64,000 nt of DNA from Cytophagaceae bacterium (GCA_027488865.1 JAIYAU010000025.1:128359-192358), one strand, 5' to 3'. Counted from the stretch's first letter, positions 1 through 8,767 are shown. Notes: generated by a model not told the origin, from the sequence alone. Numbers and translations are program-made.

Positions 1-473
1 TAATTATCATAAATAATCCGAATTTGTTTTATTAGTTCCATGCCATCATAGCTGATATCATCAAGTCTGCCTATAAATGGTGAAACATAGGTAGCCCCAG
101 CTTTGGCCGCCAAAAGCGCCTGACCTGCTGAAAACACCAAAGTGCAATTGGTTCTAATTCCCCTTTCGGAGAAGTATTTAATGGCCTTTACGCCATCTTT
201 AATCATAGGTACTTTCACTACAATTTTTTCATCTATTGCCGCCAATATTTCACCTTCTTGGATCATTCCTGCAAAATCTGTGGCTATCACTTCAGCACTT
301 ACATCTCCATCTACTATGTCACAAATGTCTTTATAATGTTTTAAAACTGCGTCTTGCCCCTTAATACCCTCTTTTGCCATAAGTGAAGGATTGGTAGTAA
401 CACCATCTAAAACTCCTAAATCAAATGCTTCTTTGATTTCGGCTAAGTTTGCTGTATCGATGAAAAATTTCAT
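1..473 (-). CDS. tal: fructose-6-phosphate aldolase / type 3B transaldolase, N-terminal ~157 codons (gene runs off window start)
   Basis: Reverse complement from ATG at 473-471 reads [39 protein letters not shown]...IVVKVPM...[30 protein letters not shown], the Fsa/TalC family pattern. It is absent from the ORF track because there is no stop in the window. Confidence 0.9.
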   Translation of the reverse strand, partial: MKFFIDTANLAEIKEAFDLGVLDGVTTNPSLMAKEGIKGQDAVLKHYKDICDIVDGDVSAEVIATDFAGMIQEGEILAAIDEKIVVKVPMIKDGVKAIKYFSERGIRTNCTLVFSAGQALLAAKAGATYVSPFIGRLDDISYDGMELIKQIRIIYDN

Positions 474-677
474 ACTATTCTTTAATTTGTTAAAATATCA
501 TTAAGTGGTGAATGTGGACCAAGCCAATTAAGTTACAATATTAAGCATACAATCAATATGAAAAAAATAAAAACGATTTTAGACTCATTCACCTTTAATG
601 GTTGATTGATTAATTGGTAACCACAATTAATATTGACCAATTTAAATTGAATTTCGTATGTTTAAAATAAAAAGAAT

Positions 678-1586
678 ATGAAAACCTATGATTTTACGGA
701 AATTGATTTTAGGATAGAGCAACTAGCTCATATTCAACCACCTTTAAACGTTCTTACTTGCACACCTGACTATTTTGAGGTAAAAGACATCAAAAACGTT
801 CACATGAAAGGCAATGTAGGTAAAGTAGAGGTTTCAAAGGCTAATAGTCAATGGAATTTCATCAAAAACATCTATCTGCAGTTAGAAACCGAAGGAAAAT
901 TGCAATCCTATCATGAACTTCCTGGATTGAAATTAGCAGAGGACATGGTATTTGCAGCAAATCCCGCAGCAGCTTGGGTTTCTAATGAAGGTGTAAAACA
1001 ACTTGTTTTGAGTAACATGGTGCATCCTTCAAGGCAACTTGAAGTACCCGCTTTTAAAGAATTCTTTTTAAATCTAGGTTACCAAATCATTGCCTTACCT
1101 TCTGATTTACATTTTGAAGGCAATGGAGATTTAATTGCCCATCCTAACAAACGACTTCTATATGGTGGTTATGGTAAACGAACGCATAAAGCTGCACATG
1201 AACATATTGCAAAAAGTTTGCAAACACCAGTTGTATTGCTGCAATTAATAGACGATAGATTTTATCATTTAGATACATGTTTCCATCCCATTGATACCGA
1301 TACTGTTTTGGTTTGTCCTGAGGCATTTAGTCTAGAAAGTTTTAATAGTATTAAGAAATTATTTAAAAATGTAATTAGAATTTCCGCGCAAGAAAATGCT
1401 TCCTTCTTTGCTTTAAACTGTAATACAATCGTAAATGGAAGTGATAAAATTTGTATAATACATTATGGTAGTACAACGGTTTACAACCATCTTATTGAAC
1501 ATGGATTCCAAATACATGAGGTAGATACATCGGAATTTATGAAGTCTGGCGGAAGTGTGTTTTGTATGAAACTGATGTACTATTAG
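678..1586 (+). CDS. amidinotransferase / DDAH / arginine-deiminase-fold (guanidino-modifying) enzyme
   Basis: 302 aa with an HLDTCF motif and a C-terminal SGGSVFCM (GGGxxC catalytic Cys region) typical of this superfamily. Confidence 0.75.
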   Translation: MKTYDFTEIDFRIEQLAHIQPPLNVLTCTPDYFEVKDIKNVHMKGNVGKVEVSKANSQWNFIKNIYLQLETEGKLQSYHELPGLKLAEDMVFAANPAAAWVSNEGVKQLVLSNMVHPSRQLEVPAFKEFFLNLGYQIIALPSDLHFEGNGDLIAHPNKRLLYGGYGKRTHKAAHEHIAKSLQTPVVLLQLIDDRFYHLDTCFHPIDTDTVLVCPEAFSLESFNSIKKLFKNVIRISAQENASFFALNCNTIVNGSDKICIIHYGSTTVYNHLIEHGFQIHEVDTSEFMKSGGSVFCMKLMYY

Positions 1587-1786
1587 AAAAAATTAAAGGG
1601 TTAATCTATTTACTAAGAAACATTATGATTAATATTTCTTTAAAAATTGGTTAAGAAAAGGAATTTAGGTTAATATTATTTTTTATTGCCAATTTAAACT
1701 AAAAATGGGCGGCATTAATTAGCTTAAATGAATTGTTGAATTTCTGTTTTTTAAAGTTTAAGCTAATTTCTTTAATTTCCATCTTG

Positions 1787-1817
1787 TTTGTTATATCAAA
1801 TCGTTAAACTAAATTTG
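1787..1817 (+). promoter_or_regulatory. Bacteroidota-type promoter TTTG-N19-TAAATTTG
   Basis: Exact match to the -33 TTTG / -7 TAnnTTTG consensus with a 19-nt spacer, 29 nt upstream of ATG 1846. Confidence 0.5.
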
Positions 1818-1845
1818 TAATGAACTGGAAATTAGACTTAACTAC

Positions 1846-2790
1846 ATGCGTTATCTAGACCCCAAAAATGATTTAACTTTTAAAAAGATATTTGGAGAAC
1901 ATCCACATCTTGCTATCAGCTTGTTAAATTCACTTTTGCCCATCAATGATGATGAACTTATCGAATCTATTGAATATTTATCTCCTCAACTAACACCCAT
2001 CATTCCTATTTTTAAAGATTCTGTTGTAGATGTGCGCTGCAAAGACAAGAAAGGGCGTCAGTTTGTGGTAGAAATGCAAATGCTTTGGACAGATGGCTTT
2101 AAACAACGAGTTCTATTTAACTCTTCTAAAGCTTATGTGCAACAAATGAAAGTAAAACAAACTTACGATTTGTTACAGCCGGTATATGCTTTAAGTTTTG
2201 TAAACGAGGTATTTGAAAAAGAAACTAGTGAATTCTATCATCACTATTCTATGGTTTGCAATCATGATACCCAACTAAAAATTGAAGGTCTTGAGCTAAT
2301 TTTTATTGAATTGCCAAAGTTTGAACCAAAAAATTTGGTAGAAAAAAGATTAAATATTCTTTGGCTTAGGTTTTTAAAAGAAATGGATGGACAAAGAGAA
2401 CTAGCAGAAATACCTGCTGATTTTGCTAATTGCCCGGAAATCAATGAAGCTTTTCATTATCTAGAAGAAAGTTCCTTTAATGAAGAAGAACTCAATTATT
2501 ACAATCGCTATTGGGATAACGTAAATAGAGAAATCACCATTAAACAAGGTGGCTTTACAGAAGGAGAAAGATATGGGCTTCAATTGGCTCAAATTGAAAT
2601 TGATGAAGCTAAAGCAAGAGAAAAAGAAGCTATTGCAAAAGAAATGGTGGCAAAAGCAAGAGAAGAAGAAGCTTTAGCAAAAGAACAGGAAGCTAAACTC
2701 CAAAACCAAAAAGCGATTGAGTTGTTACTTTCCTTGGGGATGGATAAACAAAGTATTGCTGAAAAATTAGGATTAAATCCAAATAACTAA
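1846..2790 (+). CDS. Rpn-family recombination-promoting nuclease / PD-(D/E)XK putative transposase
   Basis: The N-terminus MRYLDPKNDLTFKKIFGEHPHL...VVDVRCKD...FVVEMQ is the characteristic PDDEXK_1/Rpn signature. The C-terminal part is a coiled-coil AKAREKEAIAKE repeat. Confidence 0.85.
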   Translation: MRYLDPKNDLTFKKIFGEHPHLAISLLNSLLPINDDELIESIEYLSPQLTPIIPIFKDSVVDVRCKDKKGRQFVVEMQMLWTDGFKQRVLFNSSKAYVQQMKVKQTYDLLQPVYALSFVNEVFEKETSEFYHHYSMVCNHDTQLKIEGLELIFIELPKFEPKNLVEKRLNILWLRFLKEMDGQRELAEIPADFANCPEINEAFHYLEESSFNEEELNYYNRYWDNVNREITIKQGGFTEGERYGLQLAQIEIDEAKAREKEAIAKEMVAKAREEEALAKEQEAKLQNQKAIELLLSLGMDKQSIAEKLGLNPNN

Positions 2791-2840
2791 TTTTGCGATT
2801 TAACCTAAAGTATACACCGATCCCTACTGTGTATTAAATA

Positions 2841-3371
2841 CTAGGTCGTGTTGTAAAAGTCGAGGTTGCCTAAACTAGTACCTTGCTTGGAATACGCAAT
2901 ATTTACATTTCGTGGCAAGAGAGGCATAGTTGGTTTTATAACTACTGAGGCTCTACGTCTTCTTCTGCCCTTGCTGGGCAAAACAGGCCTCATCTGGTGT
3001 ATTTCTTGCAAAATGGCCTCCCAACTAGCATATTTTGACGTTAAGGGCAATGGCAACGGAATATGAATACCCTTTAAGAAGTATTGTGTGGCTAACAAAT
3101 GCACGTTTAACTTCTTTTTGTTTTTGGCAATGGCAGTGTATGCTGCCTTGATTTCAGGTATTAACATGGCTCGGTTGGCATAGTACACTGCATCGCGGAA
3201 CTTACCGCGGCTTTTCTGCTGCTTGGGTGTATTGGATACTGGACCTGAGTACTTTAGATAGTACACGATGTGCCCACCATGTTGCCGACGAAACACCCAG
3301 TTACCAAATGTGCCCACCACTCCTTTTAAGAATCCCGCCTTAATAAGATACCCTAATCGATCACGTTCCAT
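2841..3371 (-). CDS. hypothetical basic protein (176 aa from internal ATG)
   Basis: The track ORF 2841..3758 starts at a TTG. Its first 129 aa are F/C/W-rich and not protein-like, while protein-like sequence starts at MERDRLGYLIKAGFLKG (ATG 3371-3369). It has Lys/Arg-rich stretches (RRRRR). No family recognised. Confidence 0.35.
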   Translation of the reverse strand: MERDRLGYLIKAGFLKGVVGTFGNWVFRRQHGGHIVYYLKYSGPVSNTPKQQKSRGKFRDAVYYANRAMLIPEIKAAYTAIAKNKKKLNVHLLATQYFLKGIHIPLPLPLTSKYASWEAILQEIHQMRPVLPSKGRRRRRASVVIKPTMPLLPRNVNIAYSKQGTSLGNLDFYNTT

Positions 3372-3877
3372 ACCACAAAGATAATTTGGCACAGTGCAAC
3401 TAGCGTGCACGGTAGTAAAAAGTTTAAGGTTAGTTGAAATAAAAAGGTAACATACTCGAAGGATGCTAGGAAGATGACCGTAGGATAGGCTTAAAAGGAG
3501 GGTTTCCCCTATGGCCCCACTGGTGCGCAAGTTTACTTCGTACCCAAAACATAGAAGCAACTCTGTTCTTATACCTGCAAAAAAGTACATAAACCTCAAT
3601 CCAAAAAACATACCCCAAAATTCTTTATTCCAACAACCGCGGAAAAAGAATCCGTTGCAGTTGCTTTTAGAGCCAAGCCCAACAAATCTATTACAGTTGT
3701 TTTTAAGTACCTGAAAAAAGGAGAAAATACTCCACACCCTTTCTTTCTCTACAATCAAATCCTAAAAATCTATAGCTTGTCCAACGTCAAAACCTTCATT
3801 CCTTATAATAAACCATCCATCAACTCATCCACAACGCTTATTTCTCACACTCAAACGTTCTTTGCCTCACTTCATTT

Positions 3878-4087
3878 CTTCATTCCTCCTAACGAAATAT
3901 CCATTTCTTAATCCAAGATGTTCATTTCTCGTAACAAGATGTTCATTCCTCGTGGTGAAACTGCCATCGCGTCAGTCACTTCGTTCATTTCTTAACAAAG
4001 ATCGTTCATTTCTTTACATGAGATGCTCATTTCTTAATCCAAAACCACTATCCCGTCATTCATTTCGTTCCTTTCTTTATTCAACTC
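3878..4087 (+). repeat. degenerate 21-bp tandem/phased array, ~10 units, core GTTCATTTC
   Basis: Cores sit at 3878, 3899, 3920, 3941, (3962 weak), 3983, 4004, 4025, (4046 weak) and 4067, exactly 21 bp apart. The unit consensus by eye is GTTCATTTCTTAAnnAAGAT. Confidence 0.8.
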
Positions 4088-4230
4088 CGCTGCTGTGTCA
4101 GAATAATGGATTTTGGCTTTGAAGATTCTTGAGCGTCTTGTATTTTTACTTAATAATCTTGTCAATCACAAATACTTAACGATAGGGGTAAAATTTTTCC
4201 CACACATATTAAAACAAACAATAACAAAAT

Positions 4231-4344
4231 ATGGAAGATATTTTAAATGAAAACAATGAAAGTTTAAACTTGATGAACAAGGACTTATTTACAAAAATCT
4301 GGACTTCTCCAAGGTATCGTCTTGTATGCAAGACAATAGATTAA
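4231..4344 (+). pseudogene. 37-codon ORF, probably a 5' remnant of a larger gene
   Basis: MEDILNENNESLNLMNKDLFTKIWTSPRYRLVCKTID* looks like the cytoplasmic N-terminus of a membrane protein cut short. Its 3' end overlaps a motif repeated at other cassette junctions. Confidence 0.25.
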
Positions 4345-4481
4345 TATTTTTAAAAAAAACCTAGAAATAAAACTAATCATCTCAAAGTATAGACCGCCTT
4401 CCAGCAATGAGAGTGCATTTGTTTGTTGGTAAATTGACAGTTTAGTCCCAATTCTTAAACCTACTTACCGTTAGTAAGCTT

Positions 4482-5204
4482 ATGGCAGATACTGCTAAAA
4501 ATATAAAGGAACTTCTAGATAATGGTTTTACAACTATTGAAAGAATCTATTCGACAGGCGAAGTGGAGCAAATTTTAGCAACTATTGACCAGGTAGACCA
4601 GACTTATCCAACTTTTAGGAAATCGGTTGACCTTTTTGCTATTCGTCAATTTTTAAAAGAAGTGCCGGAAACCATAAAATATATTTTCAATGACAACTTA
4701 AAAATGGTTATTCGACATATTTTTGGTGACCACTATTTTGCCGTAAAGAGCATTTACTTTGACAAACCAGAAAATTCAAATTGGTATGTAGCTTATCATC
4801 AAGATTTGACAATTTCAGTAGACAAAAAAATTGACCTTGACGGTTTTGGACCTTGGACAGTCAAGCAAAATCAGTTTGCAGTTCAACCACCTTTAGCCAT
4901 TTTAAATAACATTTTCACCGTTCGCATTCACCTTGACGAGACAAATGAAAATAACGGTGCGTTGAAAGTTATAGCAGGATCACATTTAAAAAATATTTAC
5001 AGACCTCAAGCTATTGACTGGACGAATGAAACAGAAACGATTTGCAATGTTGGCATAGGTGGAATTATGATAATGAAACCTCTTTTATTGCATAGTTCAA
5101 GTAGGACAACCAATAACCAAAAAAGAAGAGTAATACACATTGAATTTTCGGACCAAGAACTACCAAAAGAATTACAATGGGTAGAAAGAATAAATTTTTG
5201 TTAA
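4482..5204 (+). CDS. phytanoyl-CoA dioxygenase (PhyH) family Fe(II)/2-oxoglutarate oxygenase
   Basis: 240 aa with YHQDLT (HxD), NGALKVIAGSH and a C-terminal RRVIHIEF, typical PhyH motifs. Confidence 0.8.
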   Translation: MADTAKNIKELLDNGFTTIERIYSTGEVEQILATIDQVDQTYPTFRKSVDLFAIRQFLKEVPETIKYIFNDNLKMVIRHIFGDHYFAVKSIYFDKPENSNWYVAYHQDLTISVDKKIDLDGFGPWTVKQNQFAVQPPLAILNNIFTVRIHLDETNENNGALKVIAGSHLKNIYRPQAIDWTNETETICNVGIGGIMIMKPLLLHSSSRTTNNQKRRVIHIEFSDQELPKELQWVERINFC

Positions 5205-5274
5205 AAAGCCAAATACACCAAACAATATATTAGCAAAGCGTGAGTTTCTTGTTTATCAAATTATCATATTAACC

Positions 5275-5333
5275 ATTCCTTGTAAGTACTATTTTAATTA
5301 TTTTGCGAGGCGTTTATTAGTATTTCATATACC
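5275..5333 (+). promoter_or_regulatory. dispersed leader/promoter-like repeat, copy A
   Basis: attccttgtaagtactattttaattattttgcgaggcgtttattagtatttcatatacc. It is alignable to copies B-F and ends 38 nt before ATG 5371. Confidence 0.6.
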
Positions 5334-5370
5334 AATATTAGAAGCAAGGAATTCGAGAAGTTTAACCAAA

Positions 5371-6285
5371 ATGACAGAACATCCTCACATATTGTTTTGC
5401 GAAAACCCAATCGATTTTAACAAAATTGATGAAGATTTTGAGGACCAATTCATTTCTGCAAAAGAAAACGGTTTTGAGACACTATTATTCAACTTTGAAG
5501 ATTTAACAAGTGCCAACAGGTTTTTAAGTTCAACAAAAAGAATAAAACCCAGTGACAAATTATTGAATGTAATTTATAGAGGCTGGATGTTGACACCAGA
5601 ACAGTATTCAATTTTATACAATGACCTTTTATCAAAAAACTACAAACTCATTAACACAGTTGAGGAGTATCAAAATTGTCATTATTTGCCTGAAAGCCTA
5701 AAATTCATTAGCAGCAGAACACCAAAAACAGTATTTGAAAAATTTGACAATGAAACTAGTATTGACAAGCTTCTCGAAGAATCAAAAATATTCGGACAGA
5801 AATCTGTAATTGTGAAAGATTATGTAAAGTCCGAAAAGCATGATTGGGAAACTGCCTGTTTCGTTGCTGATGCTTCAAAAATTGATAATTTCAAAAAGAC
5901 AATTAAAAAGCTTATAGAACTACGTGGCAAATATTTGAATGAAGGGATTGTAGTTAGAGAATTTATAGAACTAAACTACTTAACTATTCATTCAAAAAGC
6001 GGAATGCCTTTAACTGAAGAATATCGTTTATTTTTTTGCAATAAAAAACTTGTAGGTATTTACGACTATTGGGAAGAAGGTGAATACAAACGTAATAAAC
6101 CTGATACAACCGAATTTGAAGAAATTGCCAAACAAATTGAAAGCAATTTTTTCAGTATGGATATTGCACGACAAAAAAACGGAGAATTAATAATTATTGA
6201 ACTTGGAGACGGACAAGTTGCAGGACTTCCTGATAAAACAAACAGAAATGAATTTTATAAACAAATACGAAATTGCTGTTGTTAG
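5371..6285 (+). CDS. ATP-grasp domain protein
   Basis: 304 aa. The C-terminal part (VIVKDYVKSEK ... GIVVREFIEL ... RLFF ... ELIIIELGDGQVAGLP) matches the ATP-grasp fold nucleotide/Mg site pattern. Confidence 0.65.
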   Translation: MTEHPHILFCENPIDFNKIDEDFEDQFISAKENGFETLLFNFEDLTSANRFLSSTKRIKPSDKLLNVIYRGWMLTPEQYSILYNDLLSKNYKLINTVEEYQNCHYLPESLKFISSRTPKTVFEKFDNETSIDKLLEESKIFGQKSVIVKDYVKSEKHDWETACFVADASKIDNFKKTIKKLIELRGKYLNEGIVVREFIELNYLTIHSKSGMPLTEEYRLFFCNKKLVGIYDYWEEGEYKRNKPDTTEFEEIAKQIESNFFSMDIARQKNGELIIIELGDGQVAGLPDKTNRNEFYKQIRNCCC

Positions 6286-6395
6286 CTCCCAAGCTTAATA
6301 AGACACTTAAAATTATTTAATATTGAATCTTTAACCAGTTGCGTTTATATCGTCTATTGGCGTGTTAGGTTCAACTGTTTGACACGACACAGACA

Positions 6396-6932
6396 ATGAA
6401 AAAAGAAAATCTTTACAAGGAAATATCGGACGCAGTTCAAATTCTTTTAAAAATGGCTTGTGAATTTTCTTTCAATAATATTTCGGACAATTGTAAGTTT
6501 ATCATTTCGGAAATTAAACATAGCGACAAAAACTTCTTTGAGCAAAACAAAATTCGCAAAATAGACAATGACAAAAAGATACCAAAACCTCTTACTGACA
6601 CCATTGTTGAACTAGAGACGATGTACGCAAATCTTTATGACGTAAATTTATATGTTTATAAAGCAGATAGCCATTCAACTATTATTGAAATACAATATTT
6701 CCCACGTTCATCACACGACTTAGAATATCAAAAAATATCTGCAACTCAAGAGACAATGCTTCATTGCAAAGTAGCTGTTCCAGCTTATGCATCTGACAAC
6801 AAAGAAAAGTTTGACATTAACTGGCAACTCGGGACTTTAAATCATAAATGGAAAATGTTTTGGTGGCAACGGAAGACAAAAAACATCTTGAATGTTGTGG
6901 AGTTAAATTATAGACAGACACTTATGCAATAG
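6396..6932 (+). CDS. hypothetical protein (178 aa)
   Basis: Clean ATG ORF with protein-like composition. No family recognised. Confidence 0.55.
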   Translation: MKKENLYKEISDAVQILLKMACEFSFNNISDNCKFIISEIKHSDKNFFEQNKIRKIDNDKKIPKPLTDTIVELETMYANLYDVNLYVYKADSHSTIIEIQYFPRSSHDLEYQKISATQETMLHCKVAVPAYASDNKEKFDINWQLGTLNHKWKMFWWQRKTKNILNVVELNYRQTLMQ

Positions 6933-7098
6933 AAAAATCGACAACAATGAAAATACTTTAGCGACAGACCTAAGCGAAACAAAACGTGACGAGCAGAATG
7001 GAAAATACAGCAGCACCTAACAACTAAGGTTTCGTCTTGTTTGCAAAACAAGAGATGAAACCCTATGATACTTTAACTTTACCATCAACTAAAAAATA

Positions 7099-7186
7099 TT
7101 TATAGACTTTTTATTTACTCATTTTAACCCTTCCTTACTAATCCTTTTTTAACTATTTTGCGAGTAGTTTTTTAGTAATTACAGAC
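7099..7186 (+). promoter_or_regulatory. dispersed leader/promoter-like repeat, copy B (extended form)
   Basis: ttatagactttttatttactcattttaacccttccttactaatccttttttaactattttgcgagtagttttttagtaattacagac. It ends 20 nt before ATG 7207. Confidence 0.6.
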
Positions 7187-7206
7187 TGCAATTGTTAAAA
7201 TTTAGA

Positions 7207-7803
7207 ATGAAAAAATCAGCTATTTACTTCGGATTAATTTTACTGATTACTAGTTGTAATTCTAGAAAAACAGCGTTAATAGTTGATGAAGTCAAATCTT
7301 TTAAAACAAATGTCAAATACTTCACTCCCGATAAATTTGAATTGGAAAAAATTCCTTATCCAAAAATAGATTCACTATTATTTCTATCCCACTTTTCATC
7401 AATTCCAGAACTAACAGAATATTCTGACCACACTTCGTCTGTCTATGTTTATTCCAAGAACAAATTTTCAAATGGAATTATTGGTATAACCTTCATGGCT
7501 CAAGACGATATGTTTACTAAAAAATATATCATGGTTTTGCTTAATAAAGATTATAAAATAGTAGATGCTTATTTAATAGCCTATTCAAATATGGACGAAG
7601 AGTGGTACGAAGTAACTGAAACCAGAATTACAAATGAAAATTTATTTAAAACAAACAAAGTTTCCTGTGAAATATTGTCGCATGTGGATACGATTAATTA
7701 TTGTAAATGTGATTCATCTAATATTTTGTTGAAACTGGAACCAAAGGGAGCATTAGTAAATTTTAAAGAAGATAAATATCAATATACAAGGGTTAATAAA
7801 TAA
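7207..7803 (+). CDS. hypothetical lipoprotein
   Basis: MKKSAIYFGLILLITSCNS is a signal peptide plus lipobox Cys. The track start at 7192 is a TTG extension. Confidence 0.65.
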   Translation: MKKSAIYFGLILLITSCNSRKTALIVDEVKSFKTNVKYFTPDKFELEKIPYPKIDSLLFLSHFSSIPELTEYSDHTSSVYVYSKNKFSNGIIGITFMAQDDMFTKKYIMVLLNKDYKIVDAYLIAYSNMDEEWYEVTETRITNENLFKTNKVSCEILSHVDTINYCKCDSSNILLKLEPKGALVNFKEDKYQYTRVNK

Positions 7804-7899
7804 AAAAGTTAAACTAAACATCCGTGTTTCGAAATGAAGGATGTTGGGGCACAAGCCTAACGAAAAAATCATATTAATCACAATGTTAAGGATTTAACA

Positions 7900-8445
7900 A
7901 TGGAAATAGGACAAAAATTTAATCAGTTGACTTTTGAGGAGTATTTCTACTATGTTGACAACTACAAAAAATATACAGACTTCAACACCCTTGGACTATA
8001 TCGTTCAATTGTGGAGAATGTAAAATTAAGTTTGAAAGAAAAAATTGATGTAAGGGAATATTGTCACCTAACGTTTAAAAAAACGTTCGACTTTTTACAG
8101 CTAAAAGATCCCAAGGTGTTTTTTGAGATTTCAACTTTGGGTCAAGAGCTTACCAATGGTGACATAGTCAAGATATGGGACGACATCAAAATTAATCAGC
8201 AAAAAATATTAAAAGACAAGAAAATTAGGCATAGAAATTTTGGGATATATTCAAAACACAATTGCGGTTATGAGAATTGTGTTTGGAACGGACTAATGAT
8301 TAAGCAAGGTTCTTGGTTAGCTGATGGAAATATGCATTTCACAGACGACAAAAATAAATACCAACAGAAACTAAATTCAGAAGGTAGAAAATCAGACAGG
8401 AAGAAGGAAAGACAAATAATAAGCAGAGAACTTGATAATAATTAA
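7900..8445 (+). CDS. hypothetical protein (181 aa)
   Basis: ATG ORF with a basic C-terminal tail. No family recognised. Confidence 0.5.
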   Translation: MEIGQKFNQLTFEEYFYYVDNYKKYTDFNTLGLYRSIVENVKLSLKEKIDVREYCHLTFKKTFDFLQLKDPKVFFEISTLGQELTNGDIVKIWDDIKINQQKILKDKKIRHRNFGIYSKHNCGYENCVWNGLMIKQGSWLADGNMHFTDDKNKYQQKLNSEGRKSDRKKERQIISRELDNN

Positions 8446-8660
8446 AGGTAGTCGAGTGGTTCAATCTTTATACCTCCGTGGCCGGTTGTATATAAGACAT
8501 TAATGTTTCGGATTGTATGCCAAATGTTATTTAGACTGAAGAGATAGCCAAACACATTGCTAAAACACCTTAGTTTATAGAGATAAAACAAGAAATTACT
8601 CATATAGTAAATACTTTACCAGATGAAGTTTTGGGACTTGCAAGAAGTTTTAGAAATTCA

Positions 8661-8748
8661 TTATAGACTTCTTCAACTATAATTTTTCCCTTCCTCGCTA
8701 AAACTATTTTAACTATTTTGCATAAGGTTTATTAGTTTTTTTACAAAC
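8661..8748 (+). promoter_or_regulatory. dispersed leader/promoter-like repeat, copy C (extended form)
   Basis: ttatagacttcttcaactataatttttcccttcctcgctaaaactattttaactattttgcataaggtttattagtttttttacaaac. It ends 19 nt before ATG 8768. Confidence 0.6.
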
Positions 8749-8767
8749 CCCCAACACCAACCAATAA

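Noticed and set aside
3372-3758. N-terminal 129 codons of the 305-aa track ORF (2841..3758)
   Set aside because: TTG start and a non-protein-like F/C/W-rich translation. Protein-like sequence begins at the internal ATG 3371.
3862-4122. 86-aa + strand ORF with RCSFLV heptad-like repeats
   Set aside because: It is just the translation of the 21-bp DNA repeat. It has a TTG start and an implausible Cys/Phe/Ser/Arg composition, so it is treated as non-coding.
4231-4344. 37-aa ORF as a RiPP (graspetide/microviridin-type) precursor for the nearby ATP-grasp enzyme
   Set aside because: It has no TxKYPSD-like core and no acidic/Thr-Ser-Lys pattern for ester or amide crosslinks. It is separated from the ATP-grasp gene by the PhyH gene and looks like a truncated N-terminus of a membrane protein.
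8447-8500. GC-richer stretch ggtagtcgagtggttcaatc...ccgtggccgg, checked as a possible tRNA or tRNA fragment
   Set aside because: No cloverleaf, no T-loop GTTCRANYC and no acceptor-stem complementarity. No tRNA, rRNA, tmRNA or RNase P signatures were recognised anywhere in the window.
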